Below are positions 46,781 to 59,724 of a stretch of DNA of 64,000 nucleotides, piece by piece. The number at the start of each line of letters is the position of its first letter. Position 1 is the first letter of the stretch. The stretch is taken from positions 85,624,001 through 85,688,000 of the forward strand of contig NC_087436.1 in the NCBI RefSeq assembly GCF_036321535.1. The letters are read 5' to 3'. Below the pieces are notes generated by a model. That model was not told where the DNA came from. It did no database searches and saw only the letters and a list, made by a program, of their open reading frames with translations. The stretch is from Camelus dromedarius. Its lineage: Eukaryota. The translations under genes were made by a program, and so were the position numbers.

Positions 46781-49700
46781 GGGCTGAGGTGGAGGCTCCC
46801 CACAACTTTGCAGCTTCACAAAGCTCAGTCATAATTTTCAGCCCAAATCAAAAAGTAGGACTGCATGGAAAACAAGGTTAAAGCCCAATCAATTTGCTAG
46901 ACACCAAGAATGGAATGTGCTGTAGAAACGGACACCTGCACGCAGACGACCCCTCCGACTTGTTTTCTGCCCTTTAAAGTTGCAGGAAGATAGTAGCGAG
47001 AAGCACGAGGCTTAGCTCTGGCTCTCAGGACTCCCCTAGTTTTGATGTTTTCTGTTCTCTGTTCTCTCTTCTCTCCTTCCCTTCATTTCTTGACTTGTCT
47101 CCCTTCTCCTCTACCTCCCAGTTCACTTGTACAGATTCATGTGGGCTAGTCTCTTCTTCTTGACTATAAATTGCCATTTTTTTTCATATTAAATGCTTAT
47201 CAGTTGTTGTCTAGGTTCCAAAATTTAAAAATGTATATACAACATGACAAAAATTTTATTATATCACAGAAACAAATTTTATTTTTATTTACGTGTGCGC
47301 ACACACACACACATCCCAAACAAAAAGGGTTGTTGGTATAGGTAAGAACCAAACAGTCTCCTAGCGTTCAATGCTTTAGGTCACACAAATTCTAGTTAGT
47401 GCAGTCTGCTTCTAGATGGTTATATAATTAATCTTGAGGGTCTTTTAAAGCAACTAGTAAAATCTGCATAGTATCCCAGCTATGTTCTCAAAAATAAAAG
47501 AGTTTGAATTCTTGCTGTAGTCATTCCTAAATTAAGGAGCGACTTCTTGCCCCTGGTTGCTCAAATTCAGCAGTTTCCAGGAGGCAAGGATGTCAACAAT
47601 TTGGCAGAGGCAGAAAAAACAAAAACAAAAACAGCCCGTGGAACCCAAGTGAAGTTTCAACACAGCGGTTGCCTTGGAACCCGTTTGGAGGTTAACTTAC
47701 TCTCCGTTCCCCAGCCTTTCCTTGCTTAAGGAGACGTACTCCAGTTCCAACAAACTCCAATAAAACAGCGATAAGATGCCCTGGAGGGTTGAAGCCAAGC
47801 CTGTGGGTGCAAGCGGGGTCACATCACATCATGGGAACTAACGAGATGGGATTTTACATAGTTGGAGTGTTGGCTGTTTCTCACTCGCCAACAGTGGGAT
47901 GTTTGTTCTCGTTGTTAAATAATTAAATAGGCAGTTTGTATTTATTTAACATACAGACTCTAGCCAATTCCTGCTGACAGCTACCAAAATAACCCCACAT
48001 TTCCTAGCTCCGAATTGCTCAGAAGACTGTTGCCTGACTGCGGGGGCATCACTGTGGAACGAAACTCTCCTCCAAGTCTCCAAACACCCTTTTTCATCAC
48101 TTCAGACAATAAATCAATTCACAGGGTGTGATCCAAAAACAACAGCCCAGGTTTATTGGATGAGGATCCTTCTCCAAGGCTTTTTCCACTACCAACGCTG
48201 AGCCGTCTTGAAACTACACTTAGCTGGGGGCGGCAGAAAAAGTCATCGAGTTTTCCTCCTTTGCACATGCCCAGGAAAGAAAGGGAATTTTGACCTAATG
48301 ACTTAAAAAAGAAAAAAAAAAAAAAGGATGATAACTTGGAGCAGAAAGTAGGGAGTTTGAGAGAAGCAGGACAATTGAGGTGTCAGGAAAAGACAATATT
48401 TAAACACCGCTGTGGGTAGTCTGGGGAGCTTTGGAACAATCTATGGTAAAGTAAGAGCCCTAGCTGGTCCCCTGAGGGGGTCAGCCAGAGAGGGGAAAAA
48501 CTGAGCCGCCAAAGACAGCATCCTCTTAATCGGTAGAGGATGGCGCTAACAGAAATACTGGGAACATTTATATATCATGAAGGCTTTTACCCTATCGCAT
48601 GTGCGGAAAATGTTATCAGAGGAGATACAGACCAGACTCCTCTTCAGGTTTCCTGGAGCTCAGCATGGTGCTCGGGGTATTTAGGCAGTGCTTGCTAAAA
48701 AGGGGTCTTTGGTGGGAGCTTAAGTGGAAGAAGGATGATATTTGCTCTACCCTATTTGGCTACCCATTGGCCACCAGCATGACAATGTGCGGTACCAACA
48801 CACCGCACCATCTTCCTCCTGATGCCCTCACTAAAGTGGGTGCCAAAGGACCACCCTGGGGGAAGCAGCAACCAAAGCTGTGAAGCAGGAAGAAAGACCC
48901 CGTGGGAAGAAAGGTTCTTTTCCTTCTCCGCATCCTACCCTCACCCTGTCCCTGACTCTTGAATGGTCCCTCTACTGAGCAATGTGCATTTGAGTGATTC
49001 TATCGATGGTGGACACTATGAAGGCCTCTTTATTGTCAATATTAAAATTAAGCATTGATAAATCAAAATGGCTCCACTTTGAACCGTTCAACTTTAGCAG
49101 CACCACAGAGATTGGAACCCAGGTAAAGAAAACCATTCACACAAGTTAAGAAGGAAGCAGACTGTTGGGATGGCATAAGCATTTCATCTGCAATATAGTG
49201 TCTGAAGCAGGAAGTCTCTCTCCCTATTATCTGTGCATTTATAACAGTCTGAACTCAGTTTCCTCATCTGTGAAATGGGTCTGCCCCATTTGTCCTTGTC
49301 TCTGTATTGTTCTGAGGATTGAAAAGGCTAATGGAAAGGGAAGTGTTCTGCCTTCTGCTATCCATCGGTAGTCCTGTCCTGTTAATATACCTTGAGGTAC
49401 CACAGAGTTCACTTCTCCCTCTTTCAGAGATGTAAAGCTGTGGATGCAACCTCAGAAGTAAATTTTTTTAACTTGTTGCTCTGCCCCTCATTTTCTCATT
49501 TGTAAAAGGGAGGAAGTTTTTTGGGAAGATCTCCAAGGTTTCTTCCAACCTTGGAAAAAAAAAAAAGGCAGGCAGTCCATTCAAGAATGTTAGTCATGGA
49601 GTCTTGACCTACTTTGAATGAGAGGCAATGTCTAAGTAAACCTCACCTTAATCTCTATTAACTCAGCCACAGAAGCAGGTATTCTGGGATGTCTCAGGAG

Positions 49701-50378
49701 CTCGGGCAGAGACCCTGGCAAGTTTCTAAAGCATAATCACATGGGTGTGGGTAACAGAGAAGTGTGTCATACCTGTTCATTATCTGGGACCATATTCTTA
49801 GGAGGCTAATTCAACTATTCAACAGCCAAGAAAAATCTTTGATCACAGTCCCAAGTCTCCTGGCATATCACCTACGCTGCAGTTCTCTGGACCACGAGTC
49901 AAGTGACTCCTGTCAGAAGCAAATGAGTTGCTGATTGTGGAATTTCTGGAAGGGTCCCTTACCTCTCTCTGCACCTTATTTCTTCTCTTCTCCCCTTCTT
50001 GCCCCACCCACTTGGACCCTCTTCATTGTTCAGCATCCCGTTTCTCCTCTACTCTTTTCTCTCCTCTCCATTTTTCTCCTTGCTCAGCACCTCCGCTGAT
50101 GGCTGATACTATCTTCCATATTTCTAAACTTCAACTAGGATTGGCACAGCCAACTTCACTCACAGCTCCCTCCCCCTCTTCCTTCCATGTCCCATTCCAA
50201 TTCTTGCCATACAGGACAAGGGGACTGTGTCCAGACTGGAACAATCCACAAGGAACTTAATGATCCAAGCCCCATGCCCACAATGTACTATATATTCCAG
50301 TGAAATATTCAGCAGCTCACAGGACCGAATATCAAGCCCTTATTAGGATGGAACATTTTTGTCCCCTGTGGATACTTA

Positions 50379-50607
50379 GCCTCTGTCAGTTGAATCCTTT
50401 GACATCCATAGTACGAACTGGATAATGGGCAAAGAAAATAGACCACAGGTTGGGGGTTATGGGAAAGAAGGCAGAGAGAGAAACCAAGTTGATCTAAATA
50501 CTGAGGGAGAGACAAAAACTAAATGAGATGGAGAAGTGCTGTTAGTGACTGGGAGTGGAGAGCAGTATGGGATGCTAGAGACTTGGGGGAGAATAAAATG
50601 GGAGATG
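50379..50607 (+). repeat. Local duplicate, probable donor copy (~230 bp)
   Basis: Colinear, with substitutions and indels, with 52067-52302. Confidence 0.9.
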
Positions 50608-51479
50608 AGAGGTGTTGTTCAGTTGTAAGTTGGATCCTCATAACCTTTTTATAAAGCGATGCAACTTAAAGGCTGAGTTCCTTCTTGATTACTTTTGACT
50701 GATCTATAAATCTTTGAATAGAAGTCTCTTTCCTAGAAACTGTTCCATGTGGGTCAAGGAAGCATACAGTTTACGTACCAGAGTTCAGGTAAATATAGGA
50801 ACTTCTGAGTTGTCTTTGGATTAAGCTCAGACCACTGAGGTTTAGAGAGAATGACATTCCCAGGAATTTCCCCTCCAGTACTCTCTCATCAGATGAATTT
50901 TTCAAAGGGCAGTCATTTCAGCAGAATTGGAAAGAGCTAAATGGCAGCGCTGTGCGTTTGATATGTGATACATTCTTCCTCCACTGAGAAGCTAATGCTT
51001 TAGTCCCAGGCTTACCTGAAGCCACTGGGAGACTATCAAAGATGTAAAACTCCTGTGCTGTGCTGAAAGTAAGTAGGTTTTAGAGTTAGAAGTACTGTCT
51101 CTTCTGTAGTTCCAATGGCATTCCGAAATCCAATTAATGTTTGGTTTTGAAAGCAGAATCTCTAATTGTGTTCAATACTGCCAGCTGTTCAGTTTGCTAA
51201 TAAAACAGGCTACTCTAAAGATGGCTTATAGTCATTAGGGGAAGTCTCGCTCTGTAGGATCAACTGTCTCTTTAGAATAATAATATTTCATATTTTTGTA
51301 ATTTCTTTCGTTCAGGAATTTCAAAGCATTTTTAAATAATTTGGGGTGATGGGAAATGTAATGTTTCATAAGTTAAGCTACAAGTATCAATATCTTGCCT
51401 GGGGACAGAAATTAATTATTCCATGGAAGTGATGTTGGTACCTAATTTTATTCCATTTACACTGTAAAAGTATCATTAT

Positions 51480-51700
51480 TAATAATTATGATAGCTACCA
51501 TTTATTGAAAACAGAATGCTTATTCTGTTAGGCATCATGTTAAGTGTTTTACATGTATTATCTCATTTAATCTTCATGTGATCTAATTCTAAATCTAATG
51601 TCATTCTAATATGATTCTTTGAGAAAAATACCACTTTTATCCTTTCACAGAGAGGTTAAGTAATTTGTTCACTCTCATAAAGCTAGTAAAAGTGATAGAG
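51480..51700 (-). mobile_element. MIR SINE
   Basis: 'atagctaccatttattga...taagtgttttacatgtattatctcatttaatcttca...agagaggttaagtaatttg'. Confidence 0.85.
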
Positions 51701-52004
51701 TGTCCTTTATTGAGTGAGGACCAGTTAGTAAAAGTTCAGTTTCCTTTACAAATGTCATGTGCATGGCATTTTATGCAGCCTCTTAGATCTTGAAGAGATG
51801 GTCTTAATCCTGGAACTGTGTGGCTGCAAGCTTTGCTGATTCTTGAATGTGTCAAGGGTCCCACTGTCCCCTGACACCTAGTAAGTAGAGAAAACTCAAG
51901 GGTGATTTTAAAATATAGCAAAGGATACCCCTTCTCAACTGTCAGCCAGTTCTCTAGAATTACAACTACAATACACACTGGAGCCAGCAATTCCAGGATT
52001 TGAA

Positions 52005-52945
52005 GATATCAGGCCACCATCTTTCCCCTGGACTGTTGCAATATCCTCCTCCTAATTGGCCTCCCTGCCTCTGTCAGTTGAATCCCCTGAAATCCATAAT
52101 ACAGAACTGGATAATGGACAAAGAAAAAAGAAGACCACAGGTTGGAGGTTATGGGAAAGAAGGCAGAGAGAGAAGCCAATGCTGAGGGAGAGGCGAAAAG
52201 CTAAATGAGATGGAAAAGCGTTTTTTGGGGTGGGGGCTGTCAGTGACTGGGAGTGCAGAGTAGAATAGGGTGCAAGAGACGCAGGAGGAAAAAGGGAAGA
52301 TGTCCCCTGCAGTCTAATATCAACTGAGCATTTAGAACGATCACCTTAATATGCAAAACCAACCCAACGTCGTTGCTTGAAATTCCTGTTTTCTCATCAC
52401 ATTTAGTATAAAACCCATGGCTAAGTGCTCTACATGATCCAGCCAAGCCTACCAATAATCCGATCTCATTTTATATCCCTCTCTTCCTGGCTCACACCAT
52501 TCCAGCCCGACTGACTCAGCCTTTTTCAGATCTTCAGAGACACCAAGTTTGTCCTGCCTAAGGGCCTTTGCACTTGCTGTCACTTCCTGCTGATACCCCT
52601 TCCCCCTGCTCTTCTCCCAATTCCTTCTCTGTATTTCTCAGGTCTCACATGTTATAGTTGGTCTTCAGAGATAACACACGTCCCCACCACCATCATACAC
52701 ACAAACACATACCACATCTAAATATGTCCTTGCTACATTTTCTCCTAATACCCTGTGTTTTTCCTTCATATCTCTTATTCATATTTATCATTTTCTATGA
52801 TACTTCTTTGTCTAATGAATGCCTCCTCAACTGGACTGGAATCACCGAAAGGGAAAAATCCTTAACCCTTTGATCACCATTGTATTCCCAGTGCCTGAGA
52901 CATTGTCTGACCCTTTTAGGCACCGATGAAATATTTGATAAGTTG
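52005..52945 (+). mobile_element. L2 LINE interrupted by a duplicated segment
   Basis: 'ccaccatctttcccctggactgttgcaat..cctcctaattggcctccctgcctc' resumes at 'cccctgcagtcta...agggcctttgcacttgctgt...tgtattcccagtgcctg'. Confidence 0.8.
52067..52302 (+). repeat. Local duplicate, copy inserted in L2
   Basis: Shares e.g. gcctctgtcagttgaatcc, gaactggataatgg, agaccacaggttgg, ggttatgggaaagaaggcagagagagaa and ctaaatgagatgga with 50379-50607. Confidence 0.9.
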
Positions 52946-52974
52946 AGAGACTCTAAATTTAATTCTTTTTCAAC

Positions 52975-53125
52975 TGCCTAATTGCTGTGTGACCTTTGGA
53001 AATATATTCTCTAAGTCTCAGTCTTTTCATCTGCTAAATGGACCCCATAATAACCATGTCACAGGATCTATAGGGAGAAGACATATGATAACATATACAA
53101 AATGCTTCATAGACCATTAAACCCT
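52975..53125 (+). mobile_element. MIR SINE fragment
   Basis: 'gctgtgtgacctttggaaa...ctctaagtctcagtcttttcatctg.taaatgg'. Confidence 0.65.
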
Positions 53126-54159
53126 GTATTATAAAATTTCAAACTTTAGATGCAGCATCATCTCTTTGAAGCAAAGGGCATTCTCTCCAGTCTATTAAGC
53201 TAAACTTGCAGAAGGAGCATTCCTTGGACAACACGTGGGCAATTTTCACAAGGCTTGTAACTGGGCTCCAGGGCACTCAGAGGCTCAGCAAGGAATGAAA
53301 TTGACCCAGCTTGTCCCCGGGGGAGTAAACCAGTCCCTCGACTGAGCTATGTGCTCATGTTGCCGACTTAGGCTTCATAAACTCATCCACCTCCTGTCTG
53401 GCCTTTTGTCCTCTTTCCTAACTGACTTCTCCTCCAAACCACAAAGCCAAAGGGAAAGCCACAGGGGTGTGAGCATTGACAGAGCACATGCCCTTGGAGG
53501 GTCGGAGTGGCTTGCAATTATTTTAAGGGATAGAAAACGGAGAAAAGCTCGGCAGGCACCTAACACATAACGGTTCTCAGCTGTACTCAAGAGAGACGTC
53601 ACTCTCTGAACTGCCTGTGGATATTGGGAAGGAGGGGCTGTGTCTGATGCAGCCTAAAACTTTCCCCAGGGGTTTGATGAAAGTCTCCATCCTTCTTGTC
53701 TTCTTGTTGACCTAGATTTGAAAAAGCAAGAGTATCAGAAACTATGTTAGGGAAAAGGTCAGAATGACTGGAGATTATCTTCTAGGAGAGATCAGACCAG
53801 GTGGAGGTCACTGGTGGAGACCAAGGCATAGGATATTTGTTTTCCTTTGATTTCCTTCTTCACAGCACTCGGCAGACTGGTAAGCTGGGTATCAGTGTCC
53901 CTGGAACCTACAAGAAGTTCTCTAATTCTCTTCAGTATTTTGAGATGGACAGATTGCCTCAGAGCAGGCTAGTCCATAGCTTTCTATTTCCCATGGTTTG
54001 GCCTTGGAAACAGATGAGAAAACAATCTGTTTATATTACAGATCACACACAACAAATGGTATCCCCAAACTATAGCTATTTAAGGTTCTCACCTGTTATT
54101 GAAAGGGGAAAAGGATGTTTTTCAAACTTCTGAAGAGCCCCAGGTCCTGCTGGACCCTG

Positions 54160-54430
54160 GGAATCCACTCTTTCTTTGCCACCACCCTGAAACTCCACCC
54201 CAGGACCACTCCTGACCCAGGTCCCCATCGTCTCTTGCCTGGGCCTCTGCAACAGATCTCTAAGTGGACTCCCTGCCTCTAGTCTGACCCCTGCTCCACA
54301 CCACCCTGAGTGCATTCTCCACGCTTCACTCAGAGTGACCCTTCTGAACCAAATTCAGTCCTACAGTTCTCCTGCTTAAAGCACATCCGCTGTCCCCCAC
54401 TGCTCTTGAGATACAGTCCATGACGGAACA
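54160..54430 (+). mobile_element. L2 fragment
   Basis: 'ccatcgtctcttgcctgggcctctgcaacag..ctctaagtggactccctgcctc...cattctccac...ctcctgcttaaa'. Confidence 0.75.
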
Positions 54431-54609
54431 TTGCCCAGTATCATCACTTGTAATTCTTCCCCTGTGTCACCACCCACCTCTGTCCACTTCTATTCCCAGC
54501 CATGCTACCCCGCTGGCAGGTCCCCAGCTGGCTGGGCTGTCTCCCAGGGCTCTGGGTCATCACACATAGCTGTTGTCCATGAAGGACACAGTCCATCTTC
54601 TCACTGCAG

Positions 54610-54830
54610 TTTATTTAAAATATTTTCCCTGAGCCCCTACACTGTGCTTGGTCCTGAATAAGGCCAACTGCCTGTCTTGAAGAGACCACAGTCCAGCAGG
54701 GCAGACAGGCAGGTAAACAAATAGTGATAGTTCAAATGTGATAGATGAAAATAGGTACAAAATGACTGGAGCCCAAAGGAGCTCACTGAGCTGGTCAGGG
54801 AAGAGTCAAGGAAGACTTCCCCAGGAAATG
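54610..54830 (-). mobile_element. L2 fragment
   Basis: 'ctgagcccctacactgtgc...cacagtccagcagggcagacaggc...agtcaaggaagacttcccc'. Confidence 0.6.
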
Positions 54831-54851
54831 AGAAGAAAAGGAACACAAAGG

Positions 54852-55308
54852 ATAATAGCCTGTATTTATTGAGCATTGATTTAGCTCTGTGCTAAGTGCT
54901 TTATGAACATTATCAAATTTGCAAAACAATCCCACGAGATGGCTGCTGTCAGGAGGCAGTGGGGCATCACGGTTTAAGCACACGACCCAGACATTGGTTC
55001 AAACTGCATCTTTCACTTATAAGGTTTGGGGCTTTGTGCAAGCCATTTAACATCCAAGCCATTTCCATCATCTTTAAAATGAAGGTGATAATTTTAAAAT
55101 AAATCAATGTGTCTCGTATGTATTAAGAGAGAAAAATACATGCAAATAGTGTGTTGCCCGACACTAAGCAAGGGTCCATTAAAATTTGGGGACTACTAAT
55201 ATTCTTCTTCTTAGTTTACAGAGAGCTTAAGTAACTTTTCCAAGGTCACACAGCTAGCAAACACCAAAAACAGAACCCAGAGTTGTCTGACTCCAGAGAC
55301 CAGGCTCT
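54852..55308. mobile_element. Nested MIRs: a minus MIR (54852-54940 and 55195-55308) split by a plus MIR (~54950-55190)
   Basis: 'tatttattgagc...tgtgctaagtgcttta' resumes at 'ttaagtaacttttccaaggtcacacagctag...tgtctgactccaga'; the middle reads as a plus-strand MIR. Confidence 0.65.
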
Positions 55309-55991
55309 CATCCAGATGTTTCTTGTGAGCCTGAACAATGAGGATAACTTTGGGATGAGTATTTAAAAGTACTTCTCAAAGTAGGAGTCATAAAGAAAAA
55401 AAGAAAAGGTGATGCTGACATGGCACCAGCTTGGGAACACATACTTGGAACTGAAACCTGCAAAATGGTGCACCCTGCCTGCAGAAGGATGCTCTGAGTT
55501 TGGTCCAGCTCAGGGAGGCGGTGCACACCTGCCAAGAAAGCAGCCATAGTTTATACAGTGCCCCAGGCTGGTGGTGGGGCCTGGGACAGCCTCCAGGAAT
55601 GCAGGATGGATTGTCTCTCTCCCTCCCTTTACCCAGGCTAAAGCCACTAGGACCTACCTTAATGCAAAACAGCTTCCTCCTTAAGTACCAGGCTGGCCTT
55701 TCCCTGCTACTCTGACCAGCTATAATAGGAGCTGAAGCTGTTTCAATGAAACGGCAGAGCCCGGCATCCATTCAGCAAACTTTAATTGTTCCAAAGGAGC
55801 AGTTACGGTGTGTCTATGTAAAAGACATATTATCCATTAACCCAATAAAACAAGTTTCAAAGAGCCCAGAAAGACCTATTCACTAAATCTATAATCTGTA
55901 ATTACAAATCATCCACTGGGCAATCCATAGACATTTTAAGCCATCATGTGAGAGTTTATGCCCTTCCATGGGAGATGGTCTTCCTGAGGCC

Positions 55992-56160
55992 TTTTTTTTT
56001 TAACTTTAATTGAGTAACAGTCATTTTACAATGTTGTGTCAAATTCTAGTGTAGAGCACAATTTTTCAGTTATATATGAACATATATATATTCAGTCACA
56101 TTTTTTTTCGCTATGAGCTACCACAAGATCTTGTTTATATTTCCCTGTGCTATACAGTAA
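55992..56160 (-). mobile_element. L1 3' end of a distinct, probably younger subfamily
   Basis: Poly-T, then 'aattgagtaacagtcattttacaatgttgtgtcaaattctagtgtagagc...atttccctgtgctatacagta'. Confidence 0.8.
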
Positions 56161-56479
56161 ACTCAAATATACATAAAAAGCTGATCATGGGTATAAGCTA
56201 CCCATTTTTATGGGAACTCGCACATCAAGGTGGAATATCTGAACTCTGATGAGTTTCCTGAAATGGACTATGATGTTGAGAACAGCTCCTGAACTATACT
56301 AAAGGCAATGGATTTGGGCCTTGAAAACTGAAATTGAACTATGCTAATAAAATGCTGGTTTTAATCTGAGAACTGAGCAGCTTTCAGTGTGTCTCAGCCG
56401 TGAAACCAGACCATGCAGTTCAGGCAAAATGATCCTGGTTCTTGGGCTGAGTGAGACCCCTGTGAGATGGTTTCATCCA

Positions 56480-57460
56480 CATAGTCATTCACTCAGTCAG
56501 CAAAGAGATTGCTCCACTGTACTGTGTATCATGATCCTACTCTGTACTAAGACACTCTGCTAGGTGAGGAGGGTGAGATGGACAAGGTTCTTCTCCCATG
56601 GAGCTTCTATTCGGAAGTCGGCAAGAAATGAGTAAATGGATAAGATAATTTCAGAGAATGGAGGTTGCTACTAAGAAGCTGAAGAGAGGTAATGGGACAG
56701 TAACTTTCCAGTAGGAGGCTGGAGAAGGCCTGAATTAGATTGAATAGAAGACCTCTCTGAGAAGGTGATTTTTTAGCTGAAGGTTAATTGCTGAGAAGGG
56801 TCCAGTAGCATAAAGATCAGCCATGTGTGAGAAGCAAACAGGTCAACGTGCCTGGAGCATGGTGAGCAAAGCAGTACTAGATGGTGCTGGAGAGGCAGGC
56901 AGGGGCTGGCTCATTTGGGGACATGTCATGGTTAGGAGTGTGTATTTCATTTTTAATGCTGTGCGAACTTACAGAATGTTCAAGTAGATGGATGATATGA
57001 AAATACACATTTAAAAAGAACATTCTGGCTGCTGAGTGGATAATGGATTGCAGAAGAGCTAGAGCAGACAGGGAGACAGCTAGGAGGTTATATTGCAATG
57101 GTTCAGACAAGAAAGAAGTATAGGCTTAGATTACAGTGACAACAGGGAAGATGGTGAGAGGTGGTTGGATCTGGAATCTATTTTGGTATCAGAGCCAACA
57201 TTTATATGGAAAATGAGGGAAAGTGACAAATGGAGGCTAACTCCTGAGATCTTGATCTGAGCTATTGGGTGGATGATGAAGGAGGTCACTGAAATAGGGG
57301 AAGATAGATGAGGAGGAAGTTTCCGGGGATAGAGCTGCCGGAATCAACCATTCTGTTTTGAAAATGAGTTGTATTGCCTGTTAGGCTTCTCAATGAATAT
57401 GTCAAATTGCATTGAATGACCTAGAGCCCAGAGGAGAGGTCAAGGTTAAAGCTTTAGCAT
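56480..57460 (-). mobile_element. L2 LINE
   Basis: 'tcattcactcagtcagcaaa', 'cccatggagcttctattc', 'ctctctgagaaggtga', 'tctggctgctgagtggataatggattg', 'ggagaggtc'. Confidence 0.85.
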
Positions 57461-57589
57461 ATTGAAAATTATCCCCATTTTAAGAAAACTGAGACTTAAG
57501 AAGGTTAAGAGACTTACCTAAGGACATATAGGTCGTGTGGGTAACCTATAAAGGCCGCCAGGATGTGGTCTCCTTCTGCCCCACCAGCC

Positions 57590-58010
57590 ACATCCACGAC
57601 TCCCTCGCCTGTTTGTGAAACCTCCAGCCACACAGACTTTCACACCATTTCTCAAAGGTATAGAGCTGTTTACTGCCTTGGAGCTTCATACGTACATGGT
57701 CTATCTTCTCCCTGGGTGTTCTGCTAGTTTTCCATCTAGTTTACCATCGAGCAGAATGCCACGTCTCGGGAAAGCTGTTTCTGACCCCCTGAGATAGATT
57801 ATGTATCCCTAAAGTATGCATCATATTTCCATTTATGTGTTACATGTCATAATCAAATTTGAATATGCATGATTATTTGATTAATCTCTGCTCATGTATG
57901 GTATCTTACTACTGAATACCCATGACCTGGGTAATCAAGAAATATAAGTTGAAAATGGTCACTGATACATAGTGGTAATCAATAAATACATGTTGAAAGA
58001 ATGAATAATT
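57590..58010 (+). mobile_element. L2 3' fragment
   Basis: 'ctccagccacacagac...catagtggtaatcaataaatacatgttgaaagaatgaat'. Confidence 0.6.
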
Positions 58011-58589
58011 TTTTAAAAATTAATTGATGAATAAATAGATGGATGGTTTTATTATCTGGATAATTTGGGAGAAGTTATTGAGTTCATCTTTATCTTCTAT
58101 CAGATGTATAAAATTAAAATGAAAACATCTTCTTTATCTTTTGGGGGATGTTAAAAGGCTAAAGATAAAGTGCTTTGCTAGCCTGAAAAATAAAACCTAT
58201 ATAAGTGCAGGGTATTTTTAAATCCAGAGGAAATACCAAAACATTATTTAGTTAATAGCCACGCTACTTTACCAAACTTTTTGTTAGAGTTGCAAGCAAA
58301 TCCATTTCAATAAATTCCCATTTCCCCTCCCTTCTAGTCCTTTCTTCCCTCACTTTTAGGAAGGAGAAATACTTTGAGAAAATGTCCCAACTAAGAGGGG
58401 CCAGGAATGTCCCAAGTAATCCTCTAGTGACTGCAGAATTAATCTCCATCCAGAGGTTAGAAAAGCTGACTGCACTTTCCTCTCTTATTACTTTTTCCAT
58501 TAATGATCAAGAGACCTGGGACCTAATAAAGCCTTCATAGGGCATCTGTGGGCCATGAGAAATAAAAGTGCCATCTGCAATTGAGCCAG

Positions 58590-59470
58590 TTTTAACAAGT
58601 CCAGCTACCCTGCTGGAAAGACCATGTGCAAAGGGAGTGGTGCTGAGACTACATGGAGAGAGAGAGAAAATGGCCCAGTGATCCCAGCATCTCAGCAGAG
58701 CCGTCTTCTGCCGTCCTTACCAAGTTAGCAGAAATGTGAGAGAACCAAGTCTGGAGATTTCAGTCCATCAACCCCCCGTGACTATAGGCATGGCTGACCC
58801 TATATGTGAAGCCAAAAAACTGCCAAGTCAGCCTCTATAGTCATGAGAAATTAAAAAATCGTTGTTGCTTTTATCTGCCCGTTTGTGTAGTGATTTGGAA
58901 AACATAAATAGGAATTGCCACAGGGATGGGACGCTGCACAATAAAAGCCTAAAATATGTGGCTTTGAAAACAAATGGCAGGAAGGTACTAGAAGGGCCTT
59001 AAGACTACTTTTAGTAAAGGATGGATGGACACTAAGAATTTGTTTTTTATTGGAGCCTAGAGAAAAGATAACCTGTGCTGTGTAGTTGCAGAAAGTTTGG
59101 CAAAGTTGTCACCCACTGTCATAAGGAAGACAGAGAGGTTATGTATTCAATCAGTAGTTGGCCAAGGAAGTTTCTAGGCGGAATGTCATGTCACCTTGTT
59201 TCGTTTGCTGCCTATGATAACATAAGAAGAGAGAGGTGAACGAAAGAAAGAACAGTGCGATTTTCATGCAGAGTTTAGAGGAAATATAGAGACCCCCCCC
59301 CCAACAGTTTCTCCAGTTCAAAAAAAGTTCTGAGAAATTAAGAAATGTTCTCAAGCAAAGATCAAATCCAAGGCACTATCAGTTAAAAATGGCCTCAGGG
59401 TAAGTTCAGATCAAACACATGGCTAGACTTTCTGTTAAGACTCTGGAGGAGATACAAGGTAGTGTCTCAG
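58590..59470 (+). mobile_element. MLT1F/G/H-like LTR followed by MaLR internal sequence
   Basis: LTR motifs 'ctggaaagaccatgtg..tgagactacatggagagagagag', 'catgagaaa..aatcgttgttgctttta'; internal-like 'cctaaaatatgtggctttg', 'tttggcaaagttgtcacc', 'tggccaaggaagtttctaggcg'. Confidence 0.65.
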
Positions 59471-59489
59471 TGGATCCTCCCAGCTGGAC

Positions 59490-59492
<3 letters not shown>

Positions 59493-59538
<46 letters not shown>
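59493..59538 (+). repeat. (CA)n microsatellite
   Basis: About 23 uninterrupted AC units. Confidence 0.98.
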
Positions 59539-59541
<3 letters not shown>

Positions 59542-59724
59542 TCTTCAAGCACTAGGAAACAAAGGCAAGTTTTTGTGGGTGTAAATGATGAGAAGAAAGA
59601 GATGCTTCATAGAAATTCATCTGGCAGTAGAATGTAGGATGGAAAACTCTGAGAAATAAGGAGAACAAATAAGAAATACCTACCTTGGTGCTGGAGATTC
59701 CTTCTCAAAAACAGTTGTATTCTG

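Noticed and set aside
47840..47915. Possible pre-miRNA hairpin (AACGAGA/TCTCGTT and TGTTGGC/GCCAACA)
   Set aside because: Only two 7-bp stems separated by an unpaired asymmetric region; no mature miRNA recognised
56367..56380. TGAGAACTGA, identical to the 5' end of miR-146
   Set aside because: The match stops after 10 nt and there is no complementary arm
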